Below are positions 20,284 through 29,579 of a DNA stretch of 64,000 bases, one piece after another. The DNA is from Candidatus Nomurabacteria bacterium GW2011_GWD2_36_14 (lineage in GTDB: Bacteria; Patescibacteriota; Minisyncoccia; Phycocordibacterales; UBA9973). Under the pieces are notes generated by a model. It worked only from the letters and a program-made list of their open reading frames with translations. It was not told the DNA's origin and ran no database searches. Where the stretch lies: positions 145,547 to 209,546 of the forward strand of contig LBRL01000001.1 in assembly GCA_000991405.1 (NCBI GenBank). The letters run 5' to 3'. Each line of letters opens with the position of its first letter. Positions within the stretch are counted from its first letter, which is position 1. Position numbers and translations under genes: made by a program.

Positions 20284-20982
20284 CTAATTACTAGAACCTA
20301 ATTCACTTAATTCTTTGATTGTTTCTTTGACATCAAAACTTTTCATAAGTACACTCCCTGCTACAAGTCGGCTGGCTCCTGCTTCTACTAGTAGTGGAGC
20401 AGTTTCTTCATTCACACCCCCGTCTACACTTACAATCAAATCTGGATATTTTTCTTTTAAACTTTTAATCTGTTCTATGACTCTTTCATCAAATGCTTCA
20501 CCTTGGAATCCAACATGCTCTATCCCCATACATTGTACAAAATCTATTGAATTTATGTAAGGGAATAATTCTTCTATCTTAGTTGTAGTGTTTATAGCTA
20601 TGCCTATGTCGAGATTTTCTCTTGTGTAGGGATCTATGGAATCGATAAATTCTTTCAATTCATTCTTGTCTTCTGCTTCTAAGTGAAAGATTATTCGCTT
20701 TGCTCCAAGACGTACAAAGAAGTCGAATTGCTTGATAGCATCCTTAACCATCAGATCAAATTCGAAATCCAAATCTTCCCAATACGGCAATCCTTCTTCC
20801 TCTTCTAGTATAGGTGCGACACTTTGCGCATCATAAGGACTCATGGGCCAGCTTGTAGATTCTACAAATTTGCCATCGCAGATATCTATCTGGACTATAT
20901 TAGTTATGTTTACAACGTTGGCAATCTTTTGCCTTAGGTCATTTATATCTTTAGCTAATACTGCTGGTATAACTTCTATCAT
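20284..20982 (-). CDS. rpe: Ribulose-phosphate 3-epimerase-like TIM-barrel protein
   Basis: N-terminal IPAVLA...IDICDGKFV, C-terminal VDGGVNEETAPLLVEAGASRLVAGS, and pentose-phosphate neighbours. Confidence 0.6.
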   Translation of the reverse strand: MIEVIPAVLAKDINDLRQKIANVVNITNIVQIDICDGKFVESTSWPMSPYDAQSVAPILEEEEGLPYWEDLDFEFDLMVKDAIKQFDFFVRLGAKRIIFHLEAEDKNELKEFIDSIDPYTRENLDIGIAINTTTKIEELFPYINSIDFVQCMGIEHVGFQGEAFDERVIEQIKSLKEKYPDLIVSVDGGVNEETAPLLVEAGASRLVAGSVLMKSFDVKETIKELSELGSSN

Positions 20983-21025
20983 TGTATTTAAAGGTTTTAC
21001 CGAAGCAAGGCTTCGGTGGATTTAA

Positions 21026-21481
21026 TTAATTATTAATTTCTTCATTCTTAATTTCTTCTAATCTTCGAACATGACGTTCATCATTTGTAAAAGGAGTATT
21101 TATAAATATTATAATAGCATTCTTCGCTTCATCTTCCGTTATAAATCTTGCCCCAAGAGACAGTATGTTGGCATTATTGTGTTCCCTGCCCAACTTCACT
21201 ATTTCTAGATTGCCTCCATAGAATTCTATGGCTCGGATGCCGTCTACTTTATTTGCAGATATTTGCTCCCCTTCTCCGCTTCCACCGAGAACGATACCAA
21301 GCGATTCACTATCTTGGGCGACAGCTTCTGCTACTGGAACTATAAAGTCAGGATAATCATCCTCATTATTTAAACTAAAAGCACCTTTGTCTATAATTTC
21401 TATATTAAGACTTTGGATATATGTTTTTAACTTTTCTTTAAGTTCGTATCCAGCGTGATCAGAGCCTATATAAATTTTCAT
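21026..21481 (-). CDS. rpiB: Ribose-5-phosphate isomerase B (RpiB/LacAB family)
   Basis: MKIYIGSDHAGYELKEKL...GGSGEGEQISANK. The track ORF extends to 21526; MKIYIG at 21481 is preferred. Confidence 0.8.
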   Translation of the reverse strand: MKIYIGSDHAGYELKEKLKTYIQSLNIEIIDKGAFSLNNEDDYPDFIVPVAEAVAQDSESLGIVLGGSGEGEQISANKVDGIRAIEFYGGNLEIVKLGREHNNANILSLGARFITEDEAKNAIIIFINTPFTNDERHVRRLEEIKNEEINN

Positions 21482-21502
21482 ATTTATATTATAATACATT
21501 TT

Positions 21503-22315
21503 ATGATAATATTCCATAAATATCACGGTGCTGGGAATGATTTTATTATGATTAATAATCTGGATAAAAGCTTAGTTTTAACACCAGAGCAAATTAAGCA
21601 TTTTTGTGATAGAAACTTTGGAATAGGTGCTGACGGAGTGATTCTTCTCGAGCCATCCGATAAGGCTGACTGTTTTATGAATTATTATAATTCCGACGGA
21701 ACTCTAGCTGAAATGTGTGGCAACGGTGCCCGTTGCACTGCCAAATTCTTCCTAGAACAAACTTCTGCGTTAGGCCTTGCCTTACGCAAGATTGAATTAA
21801 ATATAGAAACTCGTGCTGGTATAAAAAATATAAAAGTAAACGAAGATGATACTTATTCTGTAAATATGGGTGCTCCTATATTTGAAAGTGCAGACTTTCC
21901 TGTGGGTACTTTAAATTTAGAGGGTTTTGATTTTAATTGCGTTTCTATGGGCAACCCTCATGCTGTTGCCTTGGTGGAAGACTTAAATAAAATAGATTTG
22001 AAAACTATTGGCCCAAAGGTAGAAAACAATGGAAACTTTCCACACAAAATAAATGTGGAATTTGTAGAGAAAATGAGTGAAGACTATTACAAAGTAAAGG
22101 TCTGGGAGCGTGGATGTGGAGCCACTCTCGCCTGTGGCACAGGTGCTTGCGCAGTATATTCTATAATAAAAAGTGATTACCCCACAGGCAAGGCCTGTGG
22201 GGTAGAAGAAATAACACTTGAATTCCCTGGTGGAAAGCTCTACCTGTCTAACAACGAACAAGGCCACGTAATTCTACGTGGCGAAGCTACTTTTGTGTTT
22301 AAGGGAGAAATATAA
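21503..22315 (+). CDS. dapF: Diaminopimelate epimerase
   Basis: FHKYHGAGNDFIMINN and MCGNGARCTAKF (catalytic Cys), with a second GTGACAVY motif. The start was chosen at MIIFHKYHG; the track starts at 21455. Confidence 0.8.
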   Translation: MIIFHKYHGAGNDFIMINNLDKSLVLTPEQIKHFCDRNFGIGADGVILLEPSDKADCFMNYYNSDGTLAEMCGNGARCTAKFFLEQTSALGLALRKIELNIETRAGIKNIKVNEDDTYSVNMGAPIFESADFPVGTLNLEGFDFNCVSMGNPHAVALVEDLNKIDLKTIGPKVENNGNFPHKINVEFVEKMSEDYYKVKVWERGCGATLACGTGACAVYSIIKSDYPTGKACGVEEITLEFPGGKLYLSNNEQGHVILRGEATFVFKGEI

Positions 22316-22443
22316 AGTATATCAAAAGGATATTTGTTTTAATTATTATTTACAAATATTATGCCAATAACATAAATATATGCTCACAATTAGACCAACA
22401 ATAATTAATATAATAAATATTAATTTAACATAATTTTTCATAA

Positions 22444-23481
22444 TTATTTGTTTATTGTATTCCCTGTTTTAATAACGTGATCTACTAGTGTATATGTATA
22501 CCCCATTTCGTTGTCATACCAGCCGAGAACTTTCACAAGATTGCCACCAACTACGCGAGTCATTTCTAGGTCTGCGATACAAGGGTGACTTTCTCCTAAT
22601 ATATCTGAAGAGACTAGGTTGTCTGTTGTGACAGTGAAAAGATTGTGCCAACGTGGATCTTCTGAGGCCTTCTTCATGATCTCATTTACTTCTTCTTTGG
22701 TAGTATCTCTCTTTGCTATGAAAGTTACATCTACTATTGAGCCTGCTGGTACTGGCACACGGATGGATATACCATCAAATAGTCCCCTGAGAACTGGGAA
22801 GGCTTCTGTCACAGCGATAGCTGCTCCTGTAGAACTTGGAATGATGTTTTGAGCGGCTGCACGACCTTCACGAAGATCTTTTTTGCTTGGACCGTCTACG
22901 AGTGCTTGAGTGGCTGTATATCCATGGACTGTGTTTAAGATAGCCTTCTCTATTCCCAAAGATTCATGCATTATAGCTATAAGAGGACTAGCTGCATTGG
23001 TAGTACAAGAAGCATTGGAGGTAATATCGCAAGTGCCAAACTTATCTTCGTTGACTCCTAGAAGGATTGTTTCGCCGTGAACTGTACTCTCACCGCCCTT
23101 GGAAGGTGCAGATATCACTACCTTCTTTGCTCCTTGTTCTAAGTGAAATTTTGCTTTATCAAATGAAGTAAAGAGGCCTGTGGATTCTACTACTACATCA
23201 ATATCTAAATCTTTCCAAGGAAGTTTAGTTGTATCTTTTTCTGAAATAAATTTAACTTCCTTTCCATCAATAACCAAGTCAGTACCCACAACTTCTACTT
23301 TATGTCCCCAATTTCTATAAACAGTATCATGACGAAGTAAATACGAAAGACTTTCAAGAGAACCTAAGTCATTCACAGCTACTATTTCTATATCGTTTCT
23401 CTCCCATGCAATTTTCAAAAATGCTCTTCCAATTCTCCCAAAACCATTTATCGCAACTTTTATTTTTTTTGTATTTTCCAT
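22444..23481 (-). CDS. gap: Glyceraldehyde-3-phosphate dehydrogenase
   Basis: KVAINGFGRIGR, SNASCTTN, 345 aa. Confidence 0.95.
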   Translation of the reverse strand: MENTKKIKVAINGFGRIGRAFLKIAWERNDIEIVAVNDLGSLESLSYLLRHDTVYRNWGHKVEVVGTDLVIDGKEVKFISEKDTTKLPWKDLDIDVVVESTGLFTSFDKAKFHLEQGAKKVVISAPSKGGESTVHGETILLGVNEDKFGTCDITSNASCTTNAASPLIAIMHESLGIEKAILNTVHGYTATQALVDGPSKKDLREGRAAAQNIIPSSTGAAIAVTEAFPVLRGLFDGISIRVPVPAGSIVDVTFIAKRDTTKEEVNEIMKKASEDPRWHNLFTVTTDNLVSSDILGESHPCIADLEMTRVVGGNLVKVLGWYDNEMGYTYTLVDHVIKTGNTINK

Positions 23482-23505
23482 ATAAATAAATTATATCATA
23501 GATAA

Positions 23506-23585
23506 CGAAGCAAGAATATGTGAATTATGAGTCGCGTCGGAGCCCTTTAGGGTAAAGCGTGAATAATTCATATATTCTTGCGAAG
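23506..23585 (+). repeat. CGAAG-bracketed covarying hairpin element, copy 2 (apex 23536..23558)
   Basis: CGAAG at 23506-23510 and 23581-23585. Arms caagaatatgtgaattat / ataattcatatattcttg pair with one G-T. The element lies 2 nt after the gatB stop and 27 nt before the gap ATG. Confidence 0.8.
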
Positions 23586-23587
23586 TT

Positions 23588-25048
23588 TTATTTTAATAAT
23601 TCTTTTAATAATTTCTGAACCATTTGTGGGTTTGCACTCCCCTTACTTTCTTTCATAACTTGACCAACTAGGGACATTATAGCATTTTCTTTGCCCCCTT
23701 TATATGTCTCTACGACGGCAGGATTAGCATCTATGACTTTCTGTACTATTTCTTTAAGTGCGCCTTCGTCGTGGTTTTGAATTAAGCCTTTTTCTGTAGC
23801 AATCTTTAGAGGAGATTCATCTTTTAATACAATAAAAGCAAGTATATCCTTGGCTCCACGAGAAGAGACCTTATCTTCGCTTACCATATTTATAAGTTCA
23901 GCGAAATTTTTAACATGTGGAAGTTGGACTTCCGAATTTATCTTTTTAAGACCTAAATAATCAGATGTTATATAGTTTGATGCAGTTTTGATTAGATCTT
24001 TATTTTTTAAAATATTTGCAACTTCTTCAAACCAAGTACCAAGTTTTTCGTCTAGAATATAACTCTCTATGTCTTCGTCTTTAATACCATAATTATTTCT
24101 GTATCTATTCCTTCTTGTTTCTGGTAGTTCAGGAAGTTCGCTACGCATCTTCTCTATATCGAAAATTTTATTCAAGAATAACTTTGGCAAGTCTGGATCT
24201 GGGAAGTAACGGTAATCGTTCGCATTCTCTTTTGAACGCTGAGAGAAGGTGGATTGCTTGTTCTCATCCCATCCACGAGTCTCTTGGACTATTTCATCAC
24301 CACGACCTTCTTCTAGTAATTCAGTCATTCTTTTCGTTTCGTATAGGGCTGCACGCTCCATGGCACGGAATGAGTTAATATTCTTCACTTCAACTTTGGT
24401 ACCGAAAACTTTTGGATCTTCTGATATAGAAATATTTAGCTCAACACGCATTTGTCCCTTTTCCATATTGGCTTCTGATACTCCTAAATATCGCAGTAGT
24501 ATCTGTAATTCACGTCCGAAGTCTCCTGCTTCTTTTGCAGAGTGTATAACTGGCTCAGTCACAAGCTCCATAAGAGGTACTCCAGCACGATTGAAGTCTA
24601 CAAGTGAATAATCACCCCTGTCGTGCTTGCTTGTAGCTGTATCTTCTTCTAAGTGTACACGAGTAATATCTACTCCTTTAAGGGAGCCCCCTTTAACTAT
24701 TGGGTACTTGTATTGTGATATCTGGTACGCTTTCGGTATATCTGGATAGAAGTAATTTTTACGATCAAATTCTGTGAAGTCAGCAATGTTGGCTCCGAGA
24801 GCAAGTCCTACCTTTATAACGCTTTCTACTGCCTTCTTGTTTATAACAGGAAGAGTTCCAGGATGGGCCATACAAACTGGGCAAATATTTACATTTGGTT
24901 TTATTTCATCTGGATCATTCTTGCACCCACAAAACATTTTAGAATTGGTGTTAAGTTCTGCGTGGATCTCTAGGCCTATGGTAGTATAATATTGTTTAGA
25001 CATATAAGGAGTATAGCAAAATTTTAGAAAATTAGAATTGGTATACAT
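23588..25048 (-). CDS. gatB: Asp-tRNA(Asn)/Glu-tRNA(Gln) amidotransferase subunit B
   Basis: YTTIGLEIHAELNTNSKMFCGC ... FDRKNYFYPDIPKAYQISQY. Confidence 0.9.
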   Translation of the reverse strand: MYTNSNFLKFCYTPYMSKQYYTTIGLEIHAELNTNSKMFCGCKNDPDEIKPNVNICPVCMAHPGTLPVINKKAVESVIKVGLALGANIADFTEFDRKNYFYPDIPKAYQISQYKYPIVKGGSLKGVDITRVHLEEDTATSKHDRGDYSLVDFNRAGVPLMELVTEPVIHSAKEAGDFGRELQILLRYLGVSEANMEKGQMRVELNISISEDPKVFGTKVEVKNINSFRAMERAALYETKRMTELLEEGRGDEIVQETRGWDENKQSTFSQRSKENANDYRYFPDPDLPKLFLNKIFDIEKMRSELPELPETRRNRYRNNYGIKDEDIESYILDEKLGTWFEEVANILKNKDLIKTASNYITSDYLGLKKINSEVQLPHVKNFAELINMVSEDKVSSRGAKDILAFIVLKDESPLKIATEKGLIQNHDEGALKEIVQKVIDANPAVVETYKGGKENAIMSLVGQVMKESKGSANPQMVQKLLKELLK

Positions 25049-25079
25049 GTAATCATGTGTTATAATAAGCGTATACCTT

Positions 25080-25562
25080 ATGAATAAGAAAAGAAGATGG
25101 ACCGAAAAACAATTAGAAGAAGCTGTTACCCTTTCTAAAAGTTACAGAAATGTAATTAAACTTTTAGGGTTAAAACCTACGGGAGGTAATTATGATCAAG
25201 TTAAAAAATATATTAAACAGAGTAGATTATCTGCTGATCATTTTACTGGCAAGGTGTGGAATAAAGGATTAAAATTTCCTGATAGAAATTATATAGAATT
25301 AAAAGATATCCTAATTAAAGATAGTTCTTATCAGAGTCATAAGTTGAAAAAAAGACTATTCTCTGCTAGAATAAAAGAACCTAAATGTGAGATTTGTAAA
25401 TGGGCTAAATATTCTATAGACGGAAGACTCCCTTTAGAATTAGACCATATTAATGGGAATAGACATGATAATAGATTAGAAAATCTTAGGGTATTATGTC
25501 CAAATTGCCATAGCTTGCAAGTGACACATAGAGGTAAAAATATAAAAGCCCGGGTGGTGTAA
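25080..25562 (+). CDS. Free-standing HNH endonuclease
   Basis: ELDHINGNRHDNRLENLRVLCPNCHSLQ (H-N-H with zinc-binding Cys pairs). The last 15 nt overlap the 5' end of tRNA-Leu. Confidence 0.8.
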   Translation: MNKKRRWTEKQLEEAVTLSKSYRNVIKLLGLKPTGGNYDQVKKYIKQSRLSADHFTGKVWNKGLKFPDRNYIELKDILIKDSSYQSHKLKKRLFSARIKEPKCEICKWAKYSIDGRLPLELDHINGNRHDNRLENLRVLCPNCHSLQVTHRGKNIKARVV

Positions 25563-25631
25563 TTGGTAGCCACGAGAGACTTAAAATTTCTTGCCATTTA
25601 TGGCGTGTGGGTTCAAGTCCCACCCCGGGCA
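25548..25631 (+). tRNA. tRNA-Leu (anticodon UAA), type II with long variable arm
   Basis: GCCCGGG acceptor stem, anticodon stem AGAGA/TTTCT with loop CTTAAAA, variable hairpin TGCCATTTATGGCGTG, T-arm GTGGG-TTCAAGT-CCCAC, discriminator A. It is near-identical in layout to E. coli tRNA-Leu(UAA). Confidence 0.9.
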
Positions 25632-25636
25632 CAATT

Positions 25637-25667
25637 AAAAAAATGGAAGTCCGACTTCCATTTTTTT
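25637..25667. terminator. Bidirectional hairpin aaaaaaatggaagt-ccg-acttccattttttt
   Basis: Perfect stem with A and T tracts on both sides, between tRNA-Leu (+) and the M23 peptidase gene (-). Confidence 0.7.
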
Positions 25668-26940
25668 ATTTCTTTATCATACTTGCTAGTAATTTAGGTA
25701 AATATAACCCTGGATTTAAATAAGCACTTAGGGCGGAAATAGGCTGAGTAAAGATCTTGCCACCACAACTCTTACTAGGCACTGTGGCAACTTTGACTCC
25801 ATCAGAGGCATATACTGCCACATGTAAGTGTGGGCCTGTAGAAGATCCAGTATTTCCCGAATAAGCTACCACATCTCCTGCTGTCACACTCTGTCCTACA
25901 GACGCAGATATAGATGACAAGTGGCCGTAGGTACTTGAAAGCCCATTGTTGTACTTTATGAATACCCACTTACCAAAGGAAGCTCCCTTGCAAGCTATGT
26001 CTGTATCCCCTGTGCCCATGACTGTACCAGTAGCCATCGACTTCACAGGAGTACCTATAGAAGCTCTGAAGTCTAGTCCATAGTGGAATCTTCCCCATCT
26101 AGAACCGTAATGTGAAGTTACTAAAATACTATCAAGTGGCCAAGAAAGTACCCCCGATCCTTCCTTTGGAATAAGTTTCGGATTTAAAATAAATTGAATC
26201 TGAGCTTCGTAGTCTTCTATGGCTTTTTCAAAAGCATCTTTCCTCTTTTGAGTTTCAGCAAGAAGCTTCTGATAGTTAGATTCTTTGTTCTTAGTTTCTA
26301 TCAAGAGAGTATTCTTCTCTTTCTTATTGGCAGTTATTTCTATCTCCTTGGCCGTTAGACTTGCTTTCAAGGTATTCAAATTCTTCTTCTCATCTTCTTT
26401 TTTGACTTTAGATATAGTTAGATTCTCTTTTTGCGTAGATACACTATTTATATACTTTTTGATTTCTGTATTTAGACTAATTACATTGTTGTATTCACGA
26501 CTCAGATCGCTCATGGTACTTTGAGACAATAATTTCTGGAAGACTGTTTGGTCATCTTGTTGATTGAGGTTTTTAATCAAGCTAGCTAGAGATTCCTTAG
26601 ACTTATCTAGGATACTACTTTTGACATCTATTTCACTATCTAATGTCTTGATGACAAGACTTGCTGTAGTAATCTTCTTCTCTGTCTGCTCTCTTTCCTT
26701 TATGAGTTTATTTCTCTTAAGAGTCAAGTCTTTAATAGCGTTCGACAAGGTCTTCTTCTGTAGCCCAGTCTCTGCAATCTGGTTCGAAAGAGCCTGTATC
26801 TCCTTATTGAGCTTCTCGATCTGGTTATTTGTATTATTTATCTGAGCCTGAAGCTCTTCTATGCTCTGTGCAGACGAGCGCAAAGAAAAAGCGAAAATAG
26901 CTAAAACAACAAAAATTGTACTGAATATAATCTTCCTCAT
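25666..26940 (-). CDS. M23-family metallopeptidase with an N-terminal coiled coil (EnvC-like architecture, catalytic motifs intact)
   Basis: Signal peptide, ~230 aa of coiled coil, then HYGLDFRA (HxxxD) ... GPHLHVAVY (HxH). Confidence 0.8.
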   Translation of the reverse strand: MRKIIFSTIFVVLAIFAFSLRSSAQSIEELQAQINNTNNQIEKLNKEIQALSNQIAETGLQKKTLSNAIKDLTLKRNKLIKEREQTEKKITTASLVIKTLDSEIDVKSSILDKSKESLASLIKNLNQQDDQTVFQKLLSQSTMSDLSREYNNVISLNTEIKKYINSVSTQKENLTISKVKKEDEKKNLNTLKASLTAKEIEITANKKEKNTLLIETKNKESNYQKLLAETQKRKDAFEKAIEDYEAQIQFILNPKLIPKEGSGVLSWPLDSILVTSHYGSRWGRFHYGLDFRASIGTPVKSMATGTVMGTGDTDIACKGASFGKWVFIKYNNGLSSTYGHLSSISASVGQSVTAGDVVAYSGNTGSSTGPHLHVAVYASDGVKVATVPSKSCGGKIFTQPISALSAYLNPGLYLPKLLASMIKK

Positions 26941-26961
26941 TACTCTTTCTATTATACCAGA

Positions 26962-28404
26962 TTATAAACTTAAGATAGAAATTGCTTTGTTTATACGTGT
27001 TATAGTTTCCTTTTTGCCTAAAATATCAGCTAGAATAAATGGATCAGGTGATTTATCGAGTCCAGAGAGAGCAAAACGTATAGGATGAAGCACTTCACCT
27101 CTAGAGTCCATATGATTCGCTATATCCATAAGGAGAGCTTTGATCTTCTCGAAAGTAAAGTCCTCCTCTTCTGTCATTTGAAGACTATCTAATGCTTCTT
27201 CTAAATTACTTTTAATTTTTTGAGAAGAAACATCTTTATATATTAACTTAGATGCTTCATATGCAGGCTCTTTGTAGAAGAAATCAAGTTCACCACTATC
27301 CACCATTGTCTTAATATCGCTAAATTTAGAAATCCGTTCTACTATAAGAGGAATTAATTTTTTAATATGTAATTCTTGTGGAAGCCAAGCAAAAATATTC
27401 TTCTCTAGTTCTTCTTCTGGCAATCTTTTGATGTGCTCCTTGTTTATCCAATCAAGCTTTTCTTCGTTAAAACCACCTCCACTTATATGAATTTGTTTAA
27501 TGTCAAATAGATTTATAAATTCTTCTTTAGTTAAAATTTCCTTTTCTCCACCCGGATTCCATCCTATAAATGCCAAGAAGTTAATCATTGCATCTGGCAA
27601 GTATCCCTCATTCCTATATTCTAAGAAATCTTTTGCTCCATCTCTTTTACCCAATTTCTTCTTACCATCGGCTCCCATAATTGGAGGCAGTGTGACAAAA
27701 GAGGGTCTTTCTAATTCAAGTGCTTCATAAAGTGCAAGAAACTTTGGAGTTGAAGATATAAATTCATCAGCTCTCATTATATGGGTTACTCCCATTTCAA
27801 GGTCATCTATAATATGTGCAAAGTTGTAAGTTGGATAGCCATCACTTTTTATTAAAATAAAATCATCAAGAGCTTCTGGCCCTGCTTTTAACTTTCCTCT
27901 AACTTCATCTACCCATTCATAACTTTTAACGTCTGTGATTTTAAATCGAAGAGGTTTAGTACCATCCCACACAGGAGGATTCTCGGGTCTATGGTCACGA
28001 TATAGAAATGGCCTCTTTTCTTCCTCAGCTTTTTTCCTGAAAGATTCCACCTCTTCTTCTGTGTAAGGATCAGCATAAGCCAAACCTTTCTCAACTAAAA
28101 TTTTGGCATATTTCTGATATGAAGCTAGTCTCTCAGATTGCTTGTATGGAGCATTGGGCCCACTTATATCTGGACCTTCACTCCAATCTATACCAATCCA
28201 CTTAAGTGATTCAATAATATGATCTATAGAACCTCCTACCTCTCGAGCCTTGTCGGTATCCTCAATTCTTAATATAAAAGTGCCATTATTTTTCTTAGCA
28301 TAAGCCCATGCATACAAAGCAGTTCGTATTCCACCAATGTGTAAAAAGCCTGTAGGAGACGGGGCAAAACGAGTAACTACTTTTTGTTGTTTGTTTTCTA
28401 TCAT
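26962..28404 (-). CDS. gltX: Glutamyl-tRNA synthetase
   Basis: VVTRFAPSPTGFLHIGGIRTALYAW (HIGH) and KLGKRDG (KMSKS-like). Confidence 0.9.
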   Translation of the reverse strand: MIENKQQKVVTRFAPSPTGFLHIGGIRTALYAWAYAKKNNGTFILRIEDTDKAREVGGSIDHIIESLKWIGIDWSEGPDISGPNAPYKQSERLASYQKYAKILVEKGLAYADPYTEEEVESFRKKAEEEKRPFLYRDHRPENPPVWDGTKPLRFKITDVKSYEWVDEVRGKLKAGPEALDDFILIKSDGYPTYNFAHIIDDLEMGVTHIMRADEFISSTPKFLALYEALELERPSFVTLPPIMGADGKKKLGKRDGAKDFLEYRNEGYLPDAMINFLAFIGWNPGGEKEILTKEEFINLFDIKQIHISGGGFNEEKLDWINKEHIKRLPEEELEKNIFAWLPQELHIKKLIPLIVERISKFSDIKTMVDSGELDFFYKEPAYEASKLIYKDVSSQKIKSNLEEALDSLQMTEEEDFTFEKIKALLMDIANHMDSRGEVLHPIRFALSGLDKSPDPFILADILGKKETITRINKAISILSL

Positions 28405-28414
28405 AAATATACAG

Positions 28415-29545
28415 TTATTGTTCTTCGTGGCTTAAGGCTATTATAATAGCTTCCTCGGCAATTTTCTCTGCGGCTAGAGGATTTGCAAAGGCTAGAGCTG
28501 ACTCTTTCATTTTGTCCAATTTTTCTTTACTATTCATCATTTTGTCAATTTCTGAAATCAGTAAATGAGGAGTAAGATTCGCTTCATCTATAACTTCACA
28601 AGCACCGGTACGTGCATAATTGTAAGCATTCTTCCTTTGATGGTCACCATTTGACTTCGTAATAGGAATTATAATCGAAGGTATACCCCATGAAGATATC
28701 TCAAATATAGCAGAGCCTGCTCTTGAGATAATGATGTTTGCGATGCCTGCCGCTTTCCTTGTGGCTAGATTATTAAGGTAAGGAAGTGCTACATATCGAG
28801 CTATGTTTGCATTATTCTCCATTACAAGCTTTGACCGTCCTAGCACATCATCAATATTATTTATTCCTGTCTGGTGAATTATTTGATACTTAGAAAGCAA
28901 GTCAGGTAATACTTCTATCATAATGTTGTTAATTATCTCCGCGCCAGATGAACCACCAACAACCAAGATAACTGGGAGCGTTGATTCCAACTTGAAGAAT
29001 TCATAAGCACCCTCACTATCACCGTGTAAAATGTTTTTCCTTATTGGCTGACCTGTGAGAGCTGTCTTCTCTTTGGGTAGATATTCTATAGCTTCAGGCC
29101 AAGAAATGGCTACCTTCTTGGCAAACTTGGCAGTCCATACATTGAGTCTACCAGGGAAAGAGTCTGACTCATGTACAATGACAGGTATGCGTAGCAACTT
29201 AGCAGCAAAAACTGCAGGGAAAGCAGCATATCCACCCTTGGAGATAACTACATCAGGGTAAATAAAGAACATACTGAAGAAGCCTATGAACATACCAGAA
29301 AGTGTTTTGAAAAAGTCTGAAATATTCTTGAGGGAGAAATACAAACGCATTTTGCCAGCTGGCACTTGGACAAAGTTGATACCATTTTCAGTAAGCATAC
29401 GCTTGTCGTAGGGCTTATCGGACATATAATAAAGCTTCAGATCCACTATCTTTTGTTTGTCTGTTTGCTCTATTAATTTCTCTGCTATAGCTATAAGCGG
29501 GTAAAAGTGCCCACCAGTCCCCCCTCCTGTAAGTAATATTTTCAT
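28415..29545 (-). CDS. murG: Undecaprenyldiphospho-muramoylpentapeptide beta-N-acetylglucosaminyltransferase
   Basis: MKILLTGGGTGGHFYPLIAIAEKL, GT28 N- and C-terminal domains. Confidence 0.9.
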   Translation of the reverse strand: MKILLTGGGTGGHFYPLIAIAEKLIEQTDKQKIVDLKLYYMSDKPYDKRMLTENGINFVQVPAGKMRLYFSLKNISDFFKTLSGMFIGFFSMFFIYPDVVISKGGYAAFPAVFAAKLLRIPVIVHESDSFPGRLNVWTAKFAKKVAISWPEAIEYLPKEKTALTGQPIRKNILHGDSEGAYEFFKLESTLPVILVVGGSSGAEIINNIMIEVLPDLLSKYQIIHQTGINNIDDVLGRSKLVMENNANIARYVALPYLNNLATRKAAGIANIIISRAGSAIFEISSWGIPSIIIPITKSNGDHQRKNAYNYARTGACEVIDEANLTPHLLISEIDKMMNSKEKLDKMKESALAFANPLAAEKIAEEAIIIALSHEEQ

Positions 29546-29579
29546 ATTTTGTAATTATAGCGTATTTATGTAATTTTTT

